Source: a virus
Direction: 5' to 3' (one strand)
DNA length: 64,000 bases
Virus record (IMG/VR): IMGVR_UViG_3300029953_000001
A program made the translations under genes and the position numbers. The notes under the pieces are model-generated. The model made no database searches. It was not told the origin of the DNA and saw only the letters and a list, made by a program, of their open reading frames with translations. Of this stretch, positions 25,243-35,689 are shown piece after piece; the first letter of the stretch is position 1; each line of letters starts with the position of its first letter.

Positions 25243-28149
25243 TTAGTCGGAGTCCTTGGTTCCAGTCACAAATTTGTATTTTAGGAGCATAGATTCGGTG
25301 TCAATGGTCTCAGCACGGACAAAAACCTCATACACAAATCCGCCGTCTTTTGCTTCATGCCATACGGCTGCTTGTGCAAAAGCGTCATTAACACAATCCT
25401 GCACCTGACTATCCGTGAGCTTGTCCATGAGGTACTTGACACGAGAGCCGGTGTTGATGAGATTGTAGGCCGGGTTCATGGTGCTCGGCTGTTCAATCTG
25501 TGCCAACTGAATCTCACCGAGTCCCGGAATCTTGTTCATGGGCATACGAGTGGTGGCCTTGAAGGCACCGATGAAGGCAGCGGCAACTTCGCCCATGACC
25601 TTCTTGAGGAAGAGGCCAAACTGATTCTTCTCGTCACCAGCGGCAACCTTGGCCGTGAGCGATGCGAACGCTGAACCCGGAACCATGTCGGTGCCAGCGT
25701 AGAACTCTTCGGTGAACATCGGCCCCCGGATATCGTTCTCCTTGCGGAGGGGGGCACCTTCAAGAACCTGTGACTTACCGTCGCGACCGATACCCATACC
25801 ACCAGCCGGTGATGTGGAAACGTAGCCGATGCGAGTCATGCCTTCGAAGGCATCCTCAATGGCACCGGGCAGCATCTCTTCGCCGTTCTCATCGCCGGGA
25901 ACCGTGTGAGCGTCACCGGACATCTCTGCTGGCATAGGAGCGTTGCTGGCGTTCGGGTAGGAGATAAGCTCGTGCTGGAGTTGAGGGTAGAACTGCTCAA
26001 TCACCTGTCCACCAATCTGCTGGGGGGCAAAGCTGAATCCTGCTGACTTCATAGAACCTTCCTTCTTGGGTGAATCGCCTACATACTCTAAAAACCATGG
26101 TGGAACACTCGCGGAGCCCCAGTTGCCCTCCACCATTTTGTCTGTTCTGATATCAACAGACTGAATGGTGCTGTCTGGCTGGGCTTCTGCTTCCCGCTTA
26201 TGCGTGTAGCCAACGACGGTTGCAAGTTCGCCCGGTTTCATCAACCAACCATCAGTTTGACTGACCCGGACAAGTCGTACACGGTCGCCGGGTTCCAAAC
26301 GGGTAGAGCGGGAGCCGTCTCCATGCTCTTTAACGATACGGAAAGCTGTCTTTGCAGGAATAACACGAACTGGATTACCTCCCGACATTGTGCTCACCTT
26401 GATTTCCGCTGCGATTTCCTTGGCATCCTCGGTACCAAATTCACCGTCGAAGCGGGTTGCCTTCTCTTCTTCAGGGACGATACGGTAGGTTTGGTCAGGT
26501 GCAACCATCACGTACTGGTCACCAACCATGATGATGTACACACGCGAGGAAGGCTGAGTTTGACCTTGATATGGTTCCCGAAAGTCAAGGAACTTCGGGC
26601 CGGGGCCGTCGATGTCGGACATGCCGGAGGTGACAGGTTGGTCTTCCCCACCGATAGCTGGCGCGGCAGACTTGGGTAGATTGACAAATTTAAACGGCCA
26701 TTGCTTTCCACAATCATCACATTTGTTTATGTCCCATAGGGGCTGACCCTTCTGCCACGGGTCATAGCGACGACCGTCCTTGTAGTATGCTGTGTTGTCC
26801 AACGAGCCGCAGTCAGGGCACTGGTCAGGACGAACCACCTTGAATTTATCCCCAAACTTAGCTGATGCGCCTTTGATGAAGGCATTAGCCGTCGCCACGT
26901 TGGAGAACATTAGGGTCTTCTTTTTACCCGCGATGTTGATGATAAGTTGCGTCCCGCTACTCTTGTCCACGGTGATTTCCTTAACCTCGTTTTTAACTTC
27001 AGCTTGGGTCTGTTCAATCGGTTTGCCCACTTCCATCTCAACTTGGGTCTCAATGACTTCACGCATCGCGTTTACATTAGGACGTTCGGTGTGATGTACT
27101 GCTCCATCCAACACTTCCACTCCACCCTTGGTCGAAGCCGGAGAAGAGTTGATGCCGATATCATCCTTAGCCCCCCCTGTACCGGTAGGAGCAGGGGACA
27201 TCGTTTCGAGTTGTGCATCGCTGGTAATCATACCCTGCTTCTCTTGCTGGGCCTTGTACTTGTTGTACTTCGGATTCGTGCAGACAGCCAACGGGTCTCC
27301 ATCATTGAGCCTGTAGTGGTAGTACGTGCCACCGTTGCCCTTCACCGGGGCTTGCTCGGCGTAGGGCATCTTACCCGCACAGTATTCACATCCTTCAGCC
27401 GCTCCCTGCTTGAACGGGGCACGACGTGCCGCCTCATCCTGTGCTGACTCTTCCCTCTTTTTAGCCATAAGGGCTGAAGTGTCAGCCTTACGCTTATCAA
27501 GTTCACACTGAGAGTGGGTGGTGAAAATGTTGGTGTAGTCAGATGGGCTTCCTCCGTGGCGCTCAGCACGTTCCTTCGCCGATGGCGACAGGGTGATTGG
27601 CTTGTGGCAGATGGTGCAAAGCTTTGCTCCGGTCTTGGCAGCAAAGATTTCCGGGTGCCGTGCTCTGTCTTCAGGGGAGGGAACCGTACCACCAGTGCCG
27701 TGACAGATGTTACAAGTCTGCGGGATGCTGGAGTTGGGCTCCGTTGAACGGAACTTACCCTGTCCGTTGCAGTGCTTGCAAGCTCCGCTCGGATACATCG
27801 TTTGAGGGTTCCATGCACCAGTCTTGGTGCGGGGCGGCGGGAACTGTTTGCCGTTCTTGTCGTAGATAATGTACTCGTCTCCGTGTGCAGCCTCAGTCAA
27901 CTCCGCGATGTCCTGAGGAGTGAGGTAGGGCTCATCGGTGGGGTCGGCTTCTACAGTGTTGTACAACAGTTCATGGGAGGCACACCACGGGTCTTGGCTG
28001 AGACTGCTCATGTGGTTACCGCAAGAGTGGCCGTTAGCATTCTTGGCCTCGCACTCCGGCTGCTCTTCACCAAATGACCCAGCCCAATCCTCGTACTGCT
28101 GTGAGGTTGCACCGGGCATGTTGTAGTCGGATTTCTTATCGGTAGCCAT
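25243..28149 (-). CDS. Large hypothetical protein (968 aa) with N-terminal DnaJ-like C-x2-C-x-G-x-G zinc-finger repeats; probable virion-associated protein
   Basis: CKHCNGQGKF, CNICHGTGG, CEYCAGKMPY motifs; start coupled to upstream stop (ATG overlaps TAA at 28149). Confidence 0.6.
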   Translation of the reverse strand: MATDKKSDYNMPGATSQQYEDWAGSFGEEQPECEAKNANGHSCGNHMSSLSQDPWCASHELLYNTVEADPTDEPYLTPQDIAELTEAAHGDEYIIYDKNGKQFPPPRTKTGAWNPQTMYPSGACKHCNGQGKFRSTEPNSSIPQTCNICHGTGGTVPSPEDRARHPEIFAAKTGAKLCTICHKPITLSPSAKERAERHGGSPSDYTNIFTTHSQCELDKRKADTSALMAKKREESAQDEAARRAPFKQGAAEGCEYCAGKMPYAEQAPVKGNGGTYYHYRLNDGDPLAVCTNPKYNKYKAQQEKQGMITSDAQLETMSPAPTGTGGAKDDIGINSSPASTKGGVEVLDGAVHHTERPNVNAMREVIETQVEMEVGKPIEQTQAEVKNEVKEITVDKSSGTQLIINIAGKKKTLMFSNVATANAFIKGASAKFGDKFKVVRPDQCPDCGSLDNTAYYKDGRRYDPWQKGQPLWDINKCDDCGKQWPFKFVNLPKSAAPAIGGEDQPVTSGMSDIDGPGPKFLDFREPYQGQTQPSSRVYIIMVGDQYVMVAPDQTYRIVPEEEKATRFDGEFGTEDAKEIAAEIKVSTMSGGNPVRVIPAKTAFRIVKEHGDGSRSTRLEPGDRVRLVRVSQTDGWLMKPGELATVVGYTHKREAEAQPDSTIQSVDIRTDKMVEGNWGSASVPPWFLEYVGDSPKKEGSMKSAGFSFAPQQIGGQVIEQFYPQLQHELISYPNASNAPMPAEMSGDAHTVPGDENGEEMLPGAIEDAFEGMTRIGYVSTSPAGGMGIGRDGKSQVLEGAPLRKENDIRGPMFTEEFYAGTDMVPGSAFASLTAKVAAGDEKNQFGLFLKKVMGEVAAAFIGAFKATTRMPMNKIPGLGEIQLAQIEQPSTMNPAYNLINTGSRVKYLMDKLTDSQVQDCVNDAFAQAAVWHEAKDGGFVYEVFVRAETIDTESMLLKYKFVTGTKDSD

Positions 28150-31100
28150 TATTTCACCCCTACAACAATTCCGTCCTTAACCATAACTTCCGCGTACCAG
28201 CGATGGGGCTCTGGGTACCAAGGGCCTTCGACTGTTGCCCGACCATTCATTGGGGGTTCACCCATGCCGGGGTTATAGAGAGAAATCTGCTTGCCAGACA
28301 GAACAGCTTCCCTGAAGTCCTTCTTACTCTTGAAATTCTTGCTGGCGTAAGAGCCCGTCTTTGCACCAGCGGTAATCTGTGTCGGAAGATTGTCGGCGAG
28401 GTCGGCCAGTTCGCCAAAGGTGTCGCTCATCTCTACTGCCTCATCGTGCTCGTCACCAGCGGCGGCGAAGTGCTCTGGGTTCACGGTCTTGGTTGCTTCA
28501 GGGCTGTCGGCTAGTTCAGCCTTGGCACCAGCATCCAGTTCAGACTTCGCATCAGCAATGTCACCAGAAATAGCATCCGCCCTCTTACGAGCGATGGCAG
28601 CAAGTACCTTCACCTTTGCGGCTTCCTCAACCGACTTCACCGGCTGCTTGATGTCAGCATCGACCGATGCAGGGGACTCCACTTCGGCCTTAGCCTCAGA
28701 GATGTCCCCACTTATATCAGCAGCGGACTTGGACGCCTGTGCCTCTTCCTGCTTCTTCAACTGCTCCTGCTGCTTCACACGCTGCATCTCACGGTACTTG
28801 TCGTCTCCCGTGGAGTCCGTTTTAGCAACCTTATCGTCACGCAGACCGTCGTCGCAACCACCAACCTTAGCCGCTTCTTCAACGGTCTTGACCGGCTGCT
28901 TGATGTCGGCGTCAACTGTGGTCGGAGATACAACCTCAGCCTTGGCTTCGGAGATGTCTGCGCTCACGTCGTTGCCCGTCTTCGAGGGAGGGCAGTCACA
29001 CTGAGTGCTAATCTTGTTGCAACCACTGCACGAGTAGTAGTTGTCTTCCTCGCCTTCTCCGCCAATCAGCTTACGTCCGCACTTGCAAGGGAATAGGGCA
29101 GTCGCCTTCTTCGCCGCAGCCACCTTCTTCGAACTGATGACCAATGACGGCATGACCATACCAGCTTTGAGACCGCGACGGGTCATGAACGCCTTGATAG
29201 GTGCCATCGCCTTCTTGACATCTTCAACGGTGACGGGCACCTGACCCGGCATACTGTTGCGGCTGTTGTCCTTAGCCTTCTGTACCAGACCCATCAGCGA
29301 TGACGCAGCGTGAGCCGGAAGCGGCCACGAGTGCCAACCATCGGAGTTGCTGTTGACTTCATCAGCGAACGCGGCGAGGAAGTTGCACACCGGCCCGATG
29401 ATTGGGTCTTGAGCGAACCGACGCTGGGCGTCCTGAATCTCGTAGTCGTTCATCCAAGTAGCCATCTTAGCCGAGGCTGACTTGTCAGGGCGGTGTTCGT
29501 CGCAGTACATGCGTCCGTCAATCTTGACCGTCTCAGGCTTCATGCAGACCTGACCCGGACCTTTTGCCCGACCCTGAGTGTCTGTCTCGCCGACGTAAGT
29601 ACGGCAACCGTGTTCACCGGGATACTGGTCAAACGCAGCTTCCTTCGGAGTTTCCTTCTTCTCTTCCTTCGGCTCTTCAGCCTTGGGCTCCGCTGGCTTC
29701 TCGGCCTTGTCCTTGTTGAACATCTTGGACTTGAACCCGTCCTTCTTGGGAGCATCGGTCTTAGGTTCAGATTCGGAAACGCCGCTGTCGCCAGTCTCAT
29801 CGCCGCCCTTGGGAGCGGAGCCTTCACCCGGAAGTTCAACCTGCGGAGCCTCACCGAAGTCTTCGGTGATAGCATCCCAGATGCTATCTTCAGTCAGATT
29901 CACGTTGGCCTTCTTGCGACGGATGGCGTACTTGTTCAGGTGGTTCTCGTTCTTCACACGTGCGGCCTTGGCGTTGGTCGAGAGTGCGTCGGTGTCATCG
30001 GTCAAGTCCAAGTCGATGGCGTCAACCACCGCAGCCACGATGTCGAAGCTGGTCTTCTTCGCTGACTTTGCTGACTCCAATGGTCGTTCCCGCAACACGT
30101 GAGCCGGGAGACCCTCAAGCTTCTCCATCATGATGCCGCCCTTGGCTTCCCAGTAGCGGTTGGCATCCTCATAAGAAGTGCAGACTCGTCCATTCACGGT
30201 GTACTGTGGATATGACGCAGCAACCTTACGCTCTTCCTCAGCACGACGCGGCACACCGGTCTCGTCAATTGCGATACCGATAGGTGCGTCACCCTTGGTC
30301 GAGATGGTGTCAACTGCTACAGCGATAGCCTTGTTCGCATTGTCGTGAGCGGAGGTTCCCGGCCCGACGTTGGTGAACGGGGTCTCGAAAGGAGCCTCTG
30401 AGCCCATCTTCATGGCGTCTTCGTTCATCTCCTGCGTGTAGGAACCCTTCTCGCCGTAGTCAGGGCGATGACGCAGTTCTGTTCCGTCATCAAGAGCCGA
30501 AACCTTTGACAGACTATCTGCGGCCCTCTGGAGCACAGTCTTCTTTGTATTCTCATCAAAGCCCATAAATTCTTTGATGGACATACCCGCTTCTGCCAAT
30601 AACGAAGACATAGGGTACCGATTAGGGTTTGCCGCAGCAGTCTTCGGCTCATCCTCTTCCTTGGTGTTTTGGATGGAGTCCTTGATGTCGGCAATTTCTG
30701 GAATCTCAGCGTTGCCGTGGTTGGAACCGTCAGGCCCCTTGTAGTCGGCCACATCTTCCATCGCATCAACCGGAGGCATGGTGACTTCATTGAGAACCGC
30801 GTCGAGTTCATCGAACACGCTCAACTCCTGAGGCTCAAGCACTTCCTGAGTGATGGCGTCCGCCGTCTTGGCGGTGAGGAAAATCTTGGTCTTCGTCCAA
30901 CCACCCTGCTTCGAGAACTCAGGGTACGCAGTGAGCGGATTCTGAGTGAGGAAGGGGTAGGTCAGCTTCGGGGTGATGTCGGTAACGTCCAGCTTGTTGG
31001 TGTCCACCGTGGTCATCAATGCGTCGAACGCGGAGGAGACAGCCGGGTTGAAGTACGCCGAGAACACAAGGTGGCGGAGCAGGTTAGAGAGCTTATCGTC

Positions 31101-31565
31101 TTCGTCCGTGAACTTGAAGCCGATGTACTCGCGGATGTTCGACCAGTGAGGAGCGAAGATAACCAGCGAGGTTAAGTCGCCCTCCTCGTTCGTGAAGAAC
31201 TTGTCCTTGATAGCGGCGTAGTCAGCTTGGCTGTATTCATCAAATTCGGTGTCGCCCATTTTGTTGGTGATGAGGTCTGCGGTCTCTTCGCCGAGATTCA
31301 GTTCCTTGACCACAGTGCCGTAGAGCAGGGCAATGGGGAAGTTGTTACGAACGTCGCAGACCTTCGCCGGGACGATGAAGATGCGCCCGATGGAGATGTT
31401 CTGACGGAAACCTGAATAAAAAATCTCAAAAGATTTTACATCGCCAGACGTGCGTGCGTCTTTCTCACCAGCCTTGACGGCCTCTACGACCTTGGCGAGG
31501 AGCCCTTCGTTGACAACGAAGGACTGGAAAGATTTAATTGCGACTGAGTTCCCACTAGCGGCCAT
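28149..31565 (-). CDS. Large hypothetical protein (1138 aa) with internal 37-aa tandem-like repeats, Lys/Glu-rich linker and Cys clusters; probable virion/internal protein
   Basis: Repeated ADISEAKAEV(V/E)SP..VDADIKQPVK(T/S)VEEAAKV units; strong RBS AGGAG 8 nt before ATG. Confidence 0.65.
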   Translation of the reverse strand: MAASGNSVAIKSFQSFVVNEGLLAKVVEAVKAGEKDARTSGDVKSFEIFYSGFRQNISIGRIFIVPAKVCDVRNNFPIALLYGTVVKELNLGEETADLITNKMGDTEFDEYSQADYAAIKDKFFTNEEGDLTSLVIFAPHWSNIREYIGFKFTDEDDKLSNLLRHLVFSAYFNPAVSSAFDALMTTVDTNKLDVTDITPKLTYPFLTQNPLTAYPEFSKQGGWTKTKIFLTAKTADAITQEVLEPQELSVFDELDAVLNEVTMPPVDAMEDVADYKGPDGSNHGNAEIPEIADIKDSIQNTKEEDEPKTAAANPNRYPMSSLLAEAGMSIKEFMGFDENTKKTVLQRAADSLSKVSALDDGTELRHRPDYGEKGSYTQEMNEDAMKMGSEAPFETPFTNVGPGTSAHDNANKAIAVAVDTISTKGDAPIGIAIDETGVPRRAEEERKVAASYPQYTVNGRVCTSYEDANRYWEAKGGIMMEKLEGLPAHVLRERPLESAKSAKKTSFDIVAAVVDAIDLDLTDDTDALSTNAKAARVKNENHLNKYAIRRKKANVNLTEDSIWDAITEDFGEAPQVELPGEGSAPKGGDETGDSGVSESEPKTDAPKKDGFKSKMFNKDKAEKPAEPKAEEPKEEKKETPKEAAFDQYPGEHGCRTYVGETDTQGRAKGPGQVCMKPETVKIDGRMYCDEHRPDKSASAKMATWMNDYEIQDAQRRFAQDPIIGPVCNFLAAFADEVNSNSDGWHSWPLPAHAASSLMGLVQKAKDNSRNSMPGQVPVTVEDVKKAMAPIKAFMTRRGLKAGMVMPSLVISSKKVAAAKKATALFPCKCGRKLIGGEGEEDNYYSCSGCNKISTQCDCPPSKTGNDVSADISEAKAEVVSPTTVDADIKQPVKTVEEAAKVGGCDDGLRDDKVAKTDSTGDDKYREMQRVKQQEQLKKQEEAQASKSAADISGDISEAKAEVESPASVDADIKQPVKSVEEAAKVKVLAAIARKRADAISGDIADAKSELDAGAKAELADSPEATKTVNPEHFAAAGDEHDEAVEMSDTFGELADLADNLPTQITAGAKTGSYASKNFKSKKDFREAVLSGKQISLYNPGMGEPPMNGRATVEGPWYPEPHRWYAEVMVKDGIVVGVK
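28616..28960. repeat. Two ~110-bp imperfect direct repeats (~235 bp apart) inside the 1138-aa gene, encoding the 37-aa repeat
   Basis: cttcaccggctgcttgatgtcagcatcgaccgatgc...cagagatgtcccc vs cttgaccggctgcttgatgtcggcgtcaactgtggt...cggagatgtctgc seen in sequence. Confidence 0.6.
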
Positions 31566-31724
31566 TTTATGCTCCTACTTTCATACACTTCATATTATGA
31601 AGGTGGTTGTAAACTTGTGTTACATGCGCTTCGAACGCCTCAGTAGATAGGGCACTCTTCCAGCTATTGCAGCTACCGATTACGGTCAAGAGACCAAACC
31701 TGCGATTTGTCAAATCTATGAGTT

Positions 31725-32237
31725 TCATTTCTTACCTATAGCCATAGTTTCCTTACGAATTTTCGCCTCATTTATTTGCATTTCATCACGGTAGTGCCGC
31801 ATAATACTTGTTCGCAGGTCTTCTCCCACCCCAGCCTCTTTCAACGCTTTGACAAAGCTATCAACAATAACCCCCAATACATAGGTGAATTTTGCCCCGT
31901 CAAAGTTGAGAACGTCCTTCTTGCTCAAGTAGTCTGCGTCACCCAACTGCTTGCCGAGTTCACGCAACGCTCTCAGTTGCTGCTCGTAGACTTTCAACCG
32001 GGTGGTGTCCATTGGCCCATCGCCAAGGCAGTCGCTCAAGTCTTCGGCTACTCTGGCAATCTCTACGGCAATCATACGGCTGGCTTCAGCGGGGTCGTAG
32101 TTCGGGTTAGTAATGCTCTCCCGAATGTTCTCCACACGTTCCCTGCGGATACGGCGGTCTTTCTCCCGTTCCGATTCAAGCACCGTGATGCTGCCGTCTT
32201 CATTCACTTCTACACCGCTGGTATTCCTACCGCTCAT
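31725..32237 (-). CDS. Hypothetical protein (170 aa)
   Basis: ORF coupled to upstream HEG stop (ATGA). Confidence 0.5.
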   Translation of the reverse strand: MSGRNTSGVEVNEDGSITVLESEREKDRRIRRERVENIRESITNPNYDPAEASRMIAVEIARVAEDLSDCLGDGPMDTTRLKVYEQQLRALRELGKQLGDADYLSKKDVLNFDGAKFTYVLGVIVDSFVKALKEAGVGEDLRTSIMRHYRDEMQINEAKIRKETMAIGKK

Positions 32238-32791
32238 ACCTTCACCCTTCGCTTTTTATGAGATTCGGATATTTTTCTCCGCGTTTCATCAGACACCTTG
32301 TGCCCTAAAAGCTTACTTGAAATTCTTGCTCTCACTTCTTCCGTAACAACTTGCCCCACTAACTTACTTCGGTGGGAGGCACTCAGTTTACGCCCGGTTA
32401 GCTTCTGCGAGATTCTTGCTCTCAGTTGCTCATCCCTTACACCACCCTTATTTGCTATCCCAATCTTCCTTTTCGTTTCTTCTGAATGGCTCCAACCTGT
32501 GATGCCTTCTCCGCCAAGAGTAAGATTGTAGCCATACTCAGACTTTGAAGATTCAAACTGTTTAATAAACTGTTGCTCTAAAATAGACAACTGTTCATTT
32601 GAATCCGCTGATGCTAACTCTTCAACTACAAAAACCTCAGCACCGTACTTTCTTATGGCCTTATGGATGTACGTCCTACTACCGTGTTTTGCGGCGGACA
32701 CATGCTTAACCCATCGCGACCCGGTACTCTCAACGGTCTTACCTACATACACTTTGCCGTTGATAGTATTTCTTACGAGGTACACCTTCAT
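32234..32791 (-). CDS. GIY-YIG homing endonuclease with NUMOD3-like repeats
   Basis: KVYLVRNTINGKVYVGKT...EYGYNLTLGG (GIY-YIG + YGYN) then SEETKRKIG, SASHRSKL, SDETRRKISESHK repeats. Confidence 0.85.
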   Translation of the reverse strand: MKVYLVRNTINGKVYVGKTVESTGSRWVKHVSAAKHGSRTYIHKAIRKYGAEVFVVEELASADSNEQLSILEQQFIKQFESSKSEYGYNLTLGGEGITGWSHSEETKRKIGIANKGGVRDEQLRARISQKLTGRKLSASHRSKLVGQVVTEEVRARISSKLLGHKVSDETRRKISESHKKRRVKV

Positions 32792-34989
32792 AAGTCCCCT
32801 GCGTCCATCACGTTGTTCATCTGAATGTCCGCACGAGACGGAGCACTCATGTCAATGTCGCCCTGTGGCTTGCTACCCATCAAGTCGAACTCCTTCAATA
32901 TAGAACGTCCGTCTTCCGGGGCACCCGCTGCGACCTTGTGATTCGAGGCCGTCTGGTTCATGCCGGGAAAGTGGATGAGCGTACCACCTGTCATTCCGCA
33001 ATGCATACCATTGCGGAATGAGCAGGAGCCACACTTCTCTGCCCCAACGATGGCGTTCTGGCTACCCAGTTTGACGCCCATCTTGTTCAATACTGTGCAA
33101 TCAATCTGGCTGAGAGCAATCTTTGTGTTGGTGTTCTTAAGGTTGTGTGCCCAGTCGCGGATTGCCTTGGATGCCTGTGCCGAACCGAACTTGGCAGATG
33201 CAGCCTTGAGAATCTTCGGAATGCTGTGACCCGCCTTGTGGTACTTGTCCACGGAGGCAGAGTCAAAGTGAGTGGCAGCAGTGTGACGGGTTCCACGAAC
33301 CGAACCCATAGTTGTTTCCACGAACGGGTTAGTTGCACGGGTCACGCCTTCGACCGAAGCAGCCTTGTGAGTTTCCTTGCCGGTGTGAGCCTTGCAGGAA
33401 GCACACTTGGCAGCACCAACGATAGCCTCGTTGTGGATACCCACCTTCTTCAGGTAGTCCGCATCGGCCTTCGCCATGATAATCTTGCCCCGTTCCTTCT
33501 GGAGGCTGGCGACGAACTCACGGATACCGCGTGAAGCTTCGAGCGTGCCGTACTTCTTCTCGGCAGCGGCAGTTATCTGCTTCAGCGTGAAGCCCTTGAC
33601 GTGAGCCTTGTGTACAAGGTTGCCGCTGAAATGCTGGCCTTCCTTGAAGCCGTAGTTGCGTTCCTTAGTGAAGGACGACTGATGGACAATTGGAGCCTTA
33701 TCGGAAGCAGCCTTGGGGGTGACTTGCTGAGGGAGACGGTTGGCAATCTGCACCAACGCAGCCTTCTTGAGGTCGGAGGGAACGCCAGCGGTTAACTTAT
33801 TGACCACTGAGGTCAATTCTGAGGCCGAAGAGACAACAGGTAGTCCATAGAGACCGCAGGACTTGGTGGAGCCGTTCTTCTTGAAGTAGGAGCAGTCAGC
33901 GCAAGCGGTAATCTGCTTGACCGACTTGGCACGTGGGGTGATACCAGCGGACTTCCACGCCTTGTTCTGACGTACGCAGTCGTTGCTCGATGACTTCTTC
34001 GGAGCCTTCTTGACCTTGACGATATTCTCTGCATCCGCCATGCCCGGTGTACCGTGGGCTCCGCCCATGTTGAGAACCCAAGCGTGATGGTCGGCATTGA
34101 ACATAACCGCACGTCCCTTACGCTCCTGACCCTGAGGGGTGAGGATGGTAACGGTGTCGCCGGGTTCAATCTGACCTACGATGTTGCCCTCTTCCCTAAG
34201 CTGCTGCAAGACCTGCAACTCACGGTTGGAGTTGAAGAATGCGGTCTTGTCTTCAGAAGCGGTGCGACCGTACTGCGGGTTGTTGCCGTCCATGAATGTG
34301 TTCGGTTCGAGAATCTGCATCCCTGTTCCCCCGGCGTCGGAGTTGTTCAGGAACGAGTTGCTCATGTTGTTGCCCTTGTTGTAGAGTTCAATCTCGGCGG
34401 TCTTGTGGTTCGGCTCCAGATAAGCAACGCCAAGGATACCGGCGTTCTTGTGGAGGTACGTCGCAGCAGCCGTCACGTCAAACTTTTCAATCTTCGCCAG
34501 CTTCTTCAACTGTGCTGCAACCTTTGAGGGAGTAACCCCCTGATTCAAAAGCTGATGAACGTAACGCTGAATCTCTCCATCGGAACGGTTCTTCTTCTCT
34601 ACCTTGCCGCCCTTGGCAGCTTCTTCGAGAGTCTGAGTGACTTCCGCCATGAGAGAGTCGTCATCGCCCACGGCAGACTTGTAGTCGTCAGAGTTAGCAG
34701 CCTGACGCAGGTTTCCACCACGAGCACCAACGAGACGAGGAGCCGCAGTCTCTTTGTCCAGCAGACGGTTCTGAAGAGTGGCCCCCTTACTTGTCGGAGG
34801 CATGGCGGTATGCTTGCTCGACCCCTCGGCGATGGCATCCATGAAGTCGGTGTCGGCTTCGCCTCGTGTGCGTTCGAGCCAGTCGTCGCCGGAGTCCTTG
34901 GCGTCCTTCATCCCAAGGTCTTTCCAGTTAGGCTCACGGGAGTCTAAAAAGCTGTCGATAATACTAGAATACTTTGGTGTATCTGCCAT
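32788..34989 (-). CDS. Large hypothetical protein (733 aa) with internal repeated helical modules and Cys pairs; probable virion protein
   Basis: Repeated K-x-L-x-x-A-x-x-KFG/YG-x-x-A-x-x-IR-x-x modules; no enzymatic motif. Confidence 0.6.
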   Translation of the reverse strand: MADTPKYSSIIDSFLDSREPNWKDLGMKDAKDSGDDWLERTRGEADTDFMDAIAEGSSKHTAMPPTSKGATLQNRLLDKETAAPRLVGARGGNLRQAANSDDYKSAVGDDDSLMAEVTQTLEEAAKGGKVEKKNRSDGEIQRYVHQLLNQGVTPSKVAAQLKKLAKIEKFDVTAAATYLHKNAGILGVAYLEPNHKTAEIELYNKGNNMSNSFLNNSDAGGTGMQILEPNTFMDGNNPQYGRTASEDKTAFFNSNRELQVLQQLREEGNIVGQIEPGDTVTILTPQGQERKGRAVMFNADHHAWVLNMGGAHGTPGMADAENIVKVKKAPKKSSSNDCVRQNKAWKSAGITPRAKSVKQITACADCSYFKKNGSTKSCGLYGLPVVSSASELTSVVNKLTAGVPSDLKKAALVQIANRLPQQVTPKAASDKAPIVHQSSFTKERNYGFKEGQHFSGNLVHKAHVKGFTLKQITAAAEKKYGTLEASRGIREFVASLQKERGKIIMAKADADYLKKVGIHNEAIVGAAKCASCKAHTGKETHKAASVEGVTRATNPFVETTMGSVRGTRHTAATHFDSASVDKYHKAGHSIPKILKAASAKFGSAQASKAIRDWAHNLKNTNTKIALSQIDCTVLNKMGVKLGSQNAIVGAEKCGSCSFRNGMHCGMTGGTLIHFPGMNQTASNHKVAAGAPEDGRSILKEFDLMGSKPQGDIDMSAPSRADIQMNNVMDAGDL

Positions 34990-34994
34990 AGGGG

Positions 34995-35291
34995 TTATAC
35001 CACAGCCGAGGCTGCTTTCTCCTTCTTCAAGAGGGTTGTGAAACTCTTTACCTTATTAGCACAAGCGCGGCTACAATGCTTGCGATTGTATAGTTTGGTT
35101 ACCCACCGCTTGCTCTGTTGAGTAGATAATAACTGCACAGGGTTGCAGCAGACCTCGCAACGTGTCGGGTTCTGCCTGTACTCAGCTAGTGCTTGTTCAA
35201 ACTCTGTTTTAGTACTGGAACTACCCACATAGGACTTCCCTGTGACAGTATTCAGCCAACGATAGACACCGAGATTGAAGGGGTTAGCCAT
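34995..35291 (-). CDS. Small GIY-YIG domain protein with C-terminal zinc finger (98 aa)
   Basis: LGVYRWLNTVTGKSYVGSS (GIY-YIG-like) and CEVCCN...HCSRAC. Confidence 0.5.
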   Translation of the reverse strand: MANPFNLGVYRWLNTVTGKSYVGSSSTKTEFEQALAEYRQNPTRCEVCCNPVQLLSTQQSKRWVTKLYNRKHCSRACANKVKSFTTLLKKEKAASAVV

Positions 35292-35293
35292 CG

Positions 35294-35629
35294 TCAGAAC
35301 GAAAGGTCGTCCAGTATCGCAGCTAGGAAACTCGCAGGATTATCCACAGGAGCAGCTTTCAAGCTTTCTCCATTATCTACCTCGTCCCCTGAAAGTCTCA
35401 TGACCTTGTTTCCTTGTACTACCCAGAAATCACGTGAAGACTCACAGATAAATTGGTTCCCTGCGACCCTTGTTAAACCAAGCGAGGCAATCTTTTGGCG
35501 AACCTCCGGCGACAGCGTAGTCTCCGAAGAAAAGTGGTTTTTGGAAAAGACGGACTCTGTGGTTTTACTCCCACCTAGTCCGAAAGATGCAGTAGCACGA
35601 AGCTTAGCCATTTTTAGTACCCTCACCAA
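35294..35629 (-). CDS. Hypothetical protein (111 aa)
   Basis: ORF only. Confidence 0.45.
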   Translation of the reverse strand: MVRVLKMAKLRATASFGLGGSKTTESVFSKNHFSSETTLSPEVRQKIASLGLTRVAGNQFICESSRDFWVVQGNKVMRLSGDEVDNGESLKAAPVDNPASFLAAILDDLSF

Positions 35630-35689
35630 TAGAGGTTCATAGTTCTAAAACTTTTCCCAAGAAAAACCCCGAATTATGATTTACAAACT

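Noticed and set aside
28390-29004. Long plus-strand ORFs (e.g. 28390..29004, 29493..30065, 30669..31175, 33145..33534, 34054..34527) inside the giant minus-strand genes
   Set aside because: They are shadow ORFs antisense to long, motif-bearing minus-strand genes in GC-rich sequence. Their translations are low-complexity (S/A/R-rich) and lack start context.
20903-34989. Assigning portal or major capsid protein to one of the large ORFs near terL
   Set aside because: None of the 733, 968 or 1138 aa proteins shows recognisable portal or HK97-fold MCP motifs at the level I can read. Calling them would be guesswork, so they are left as virion-like hypotheticals.
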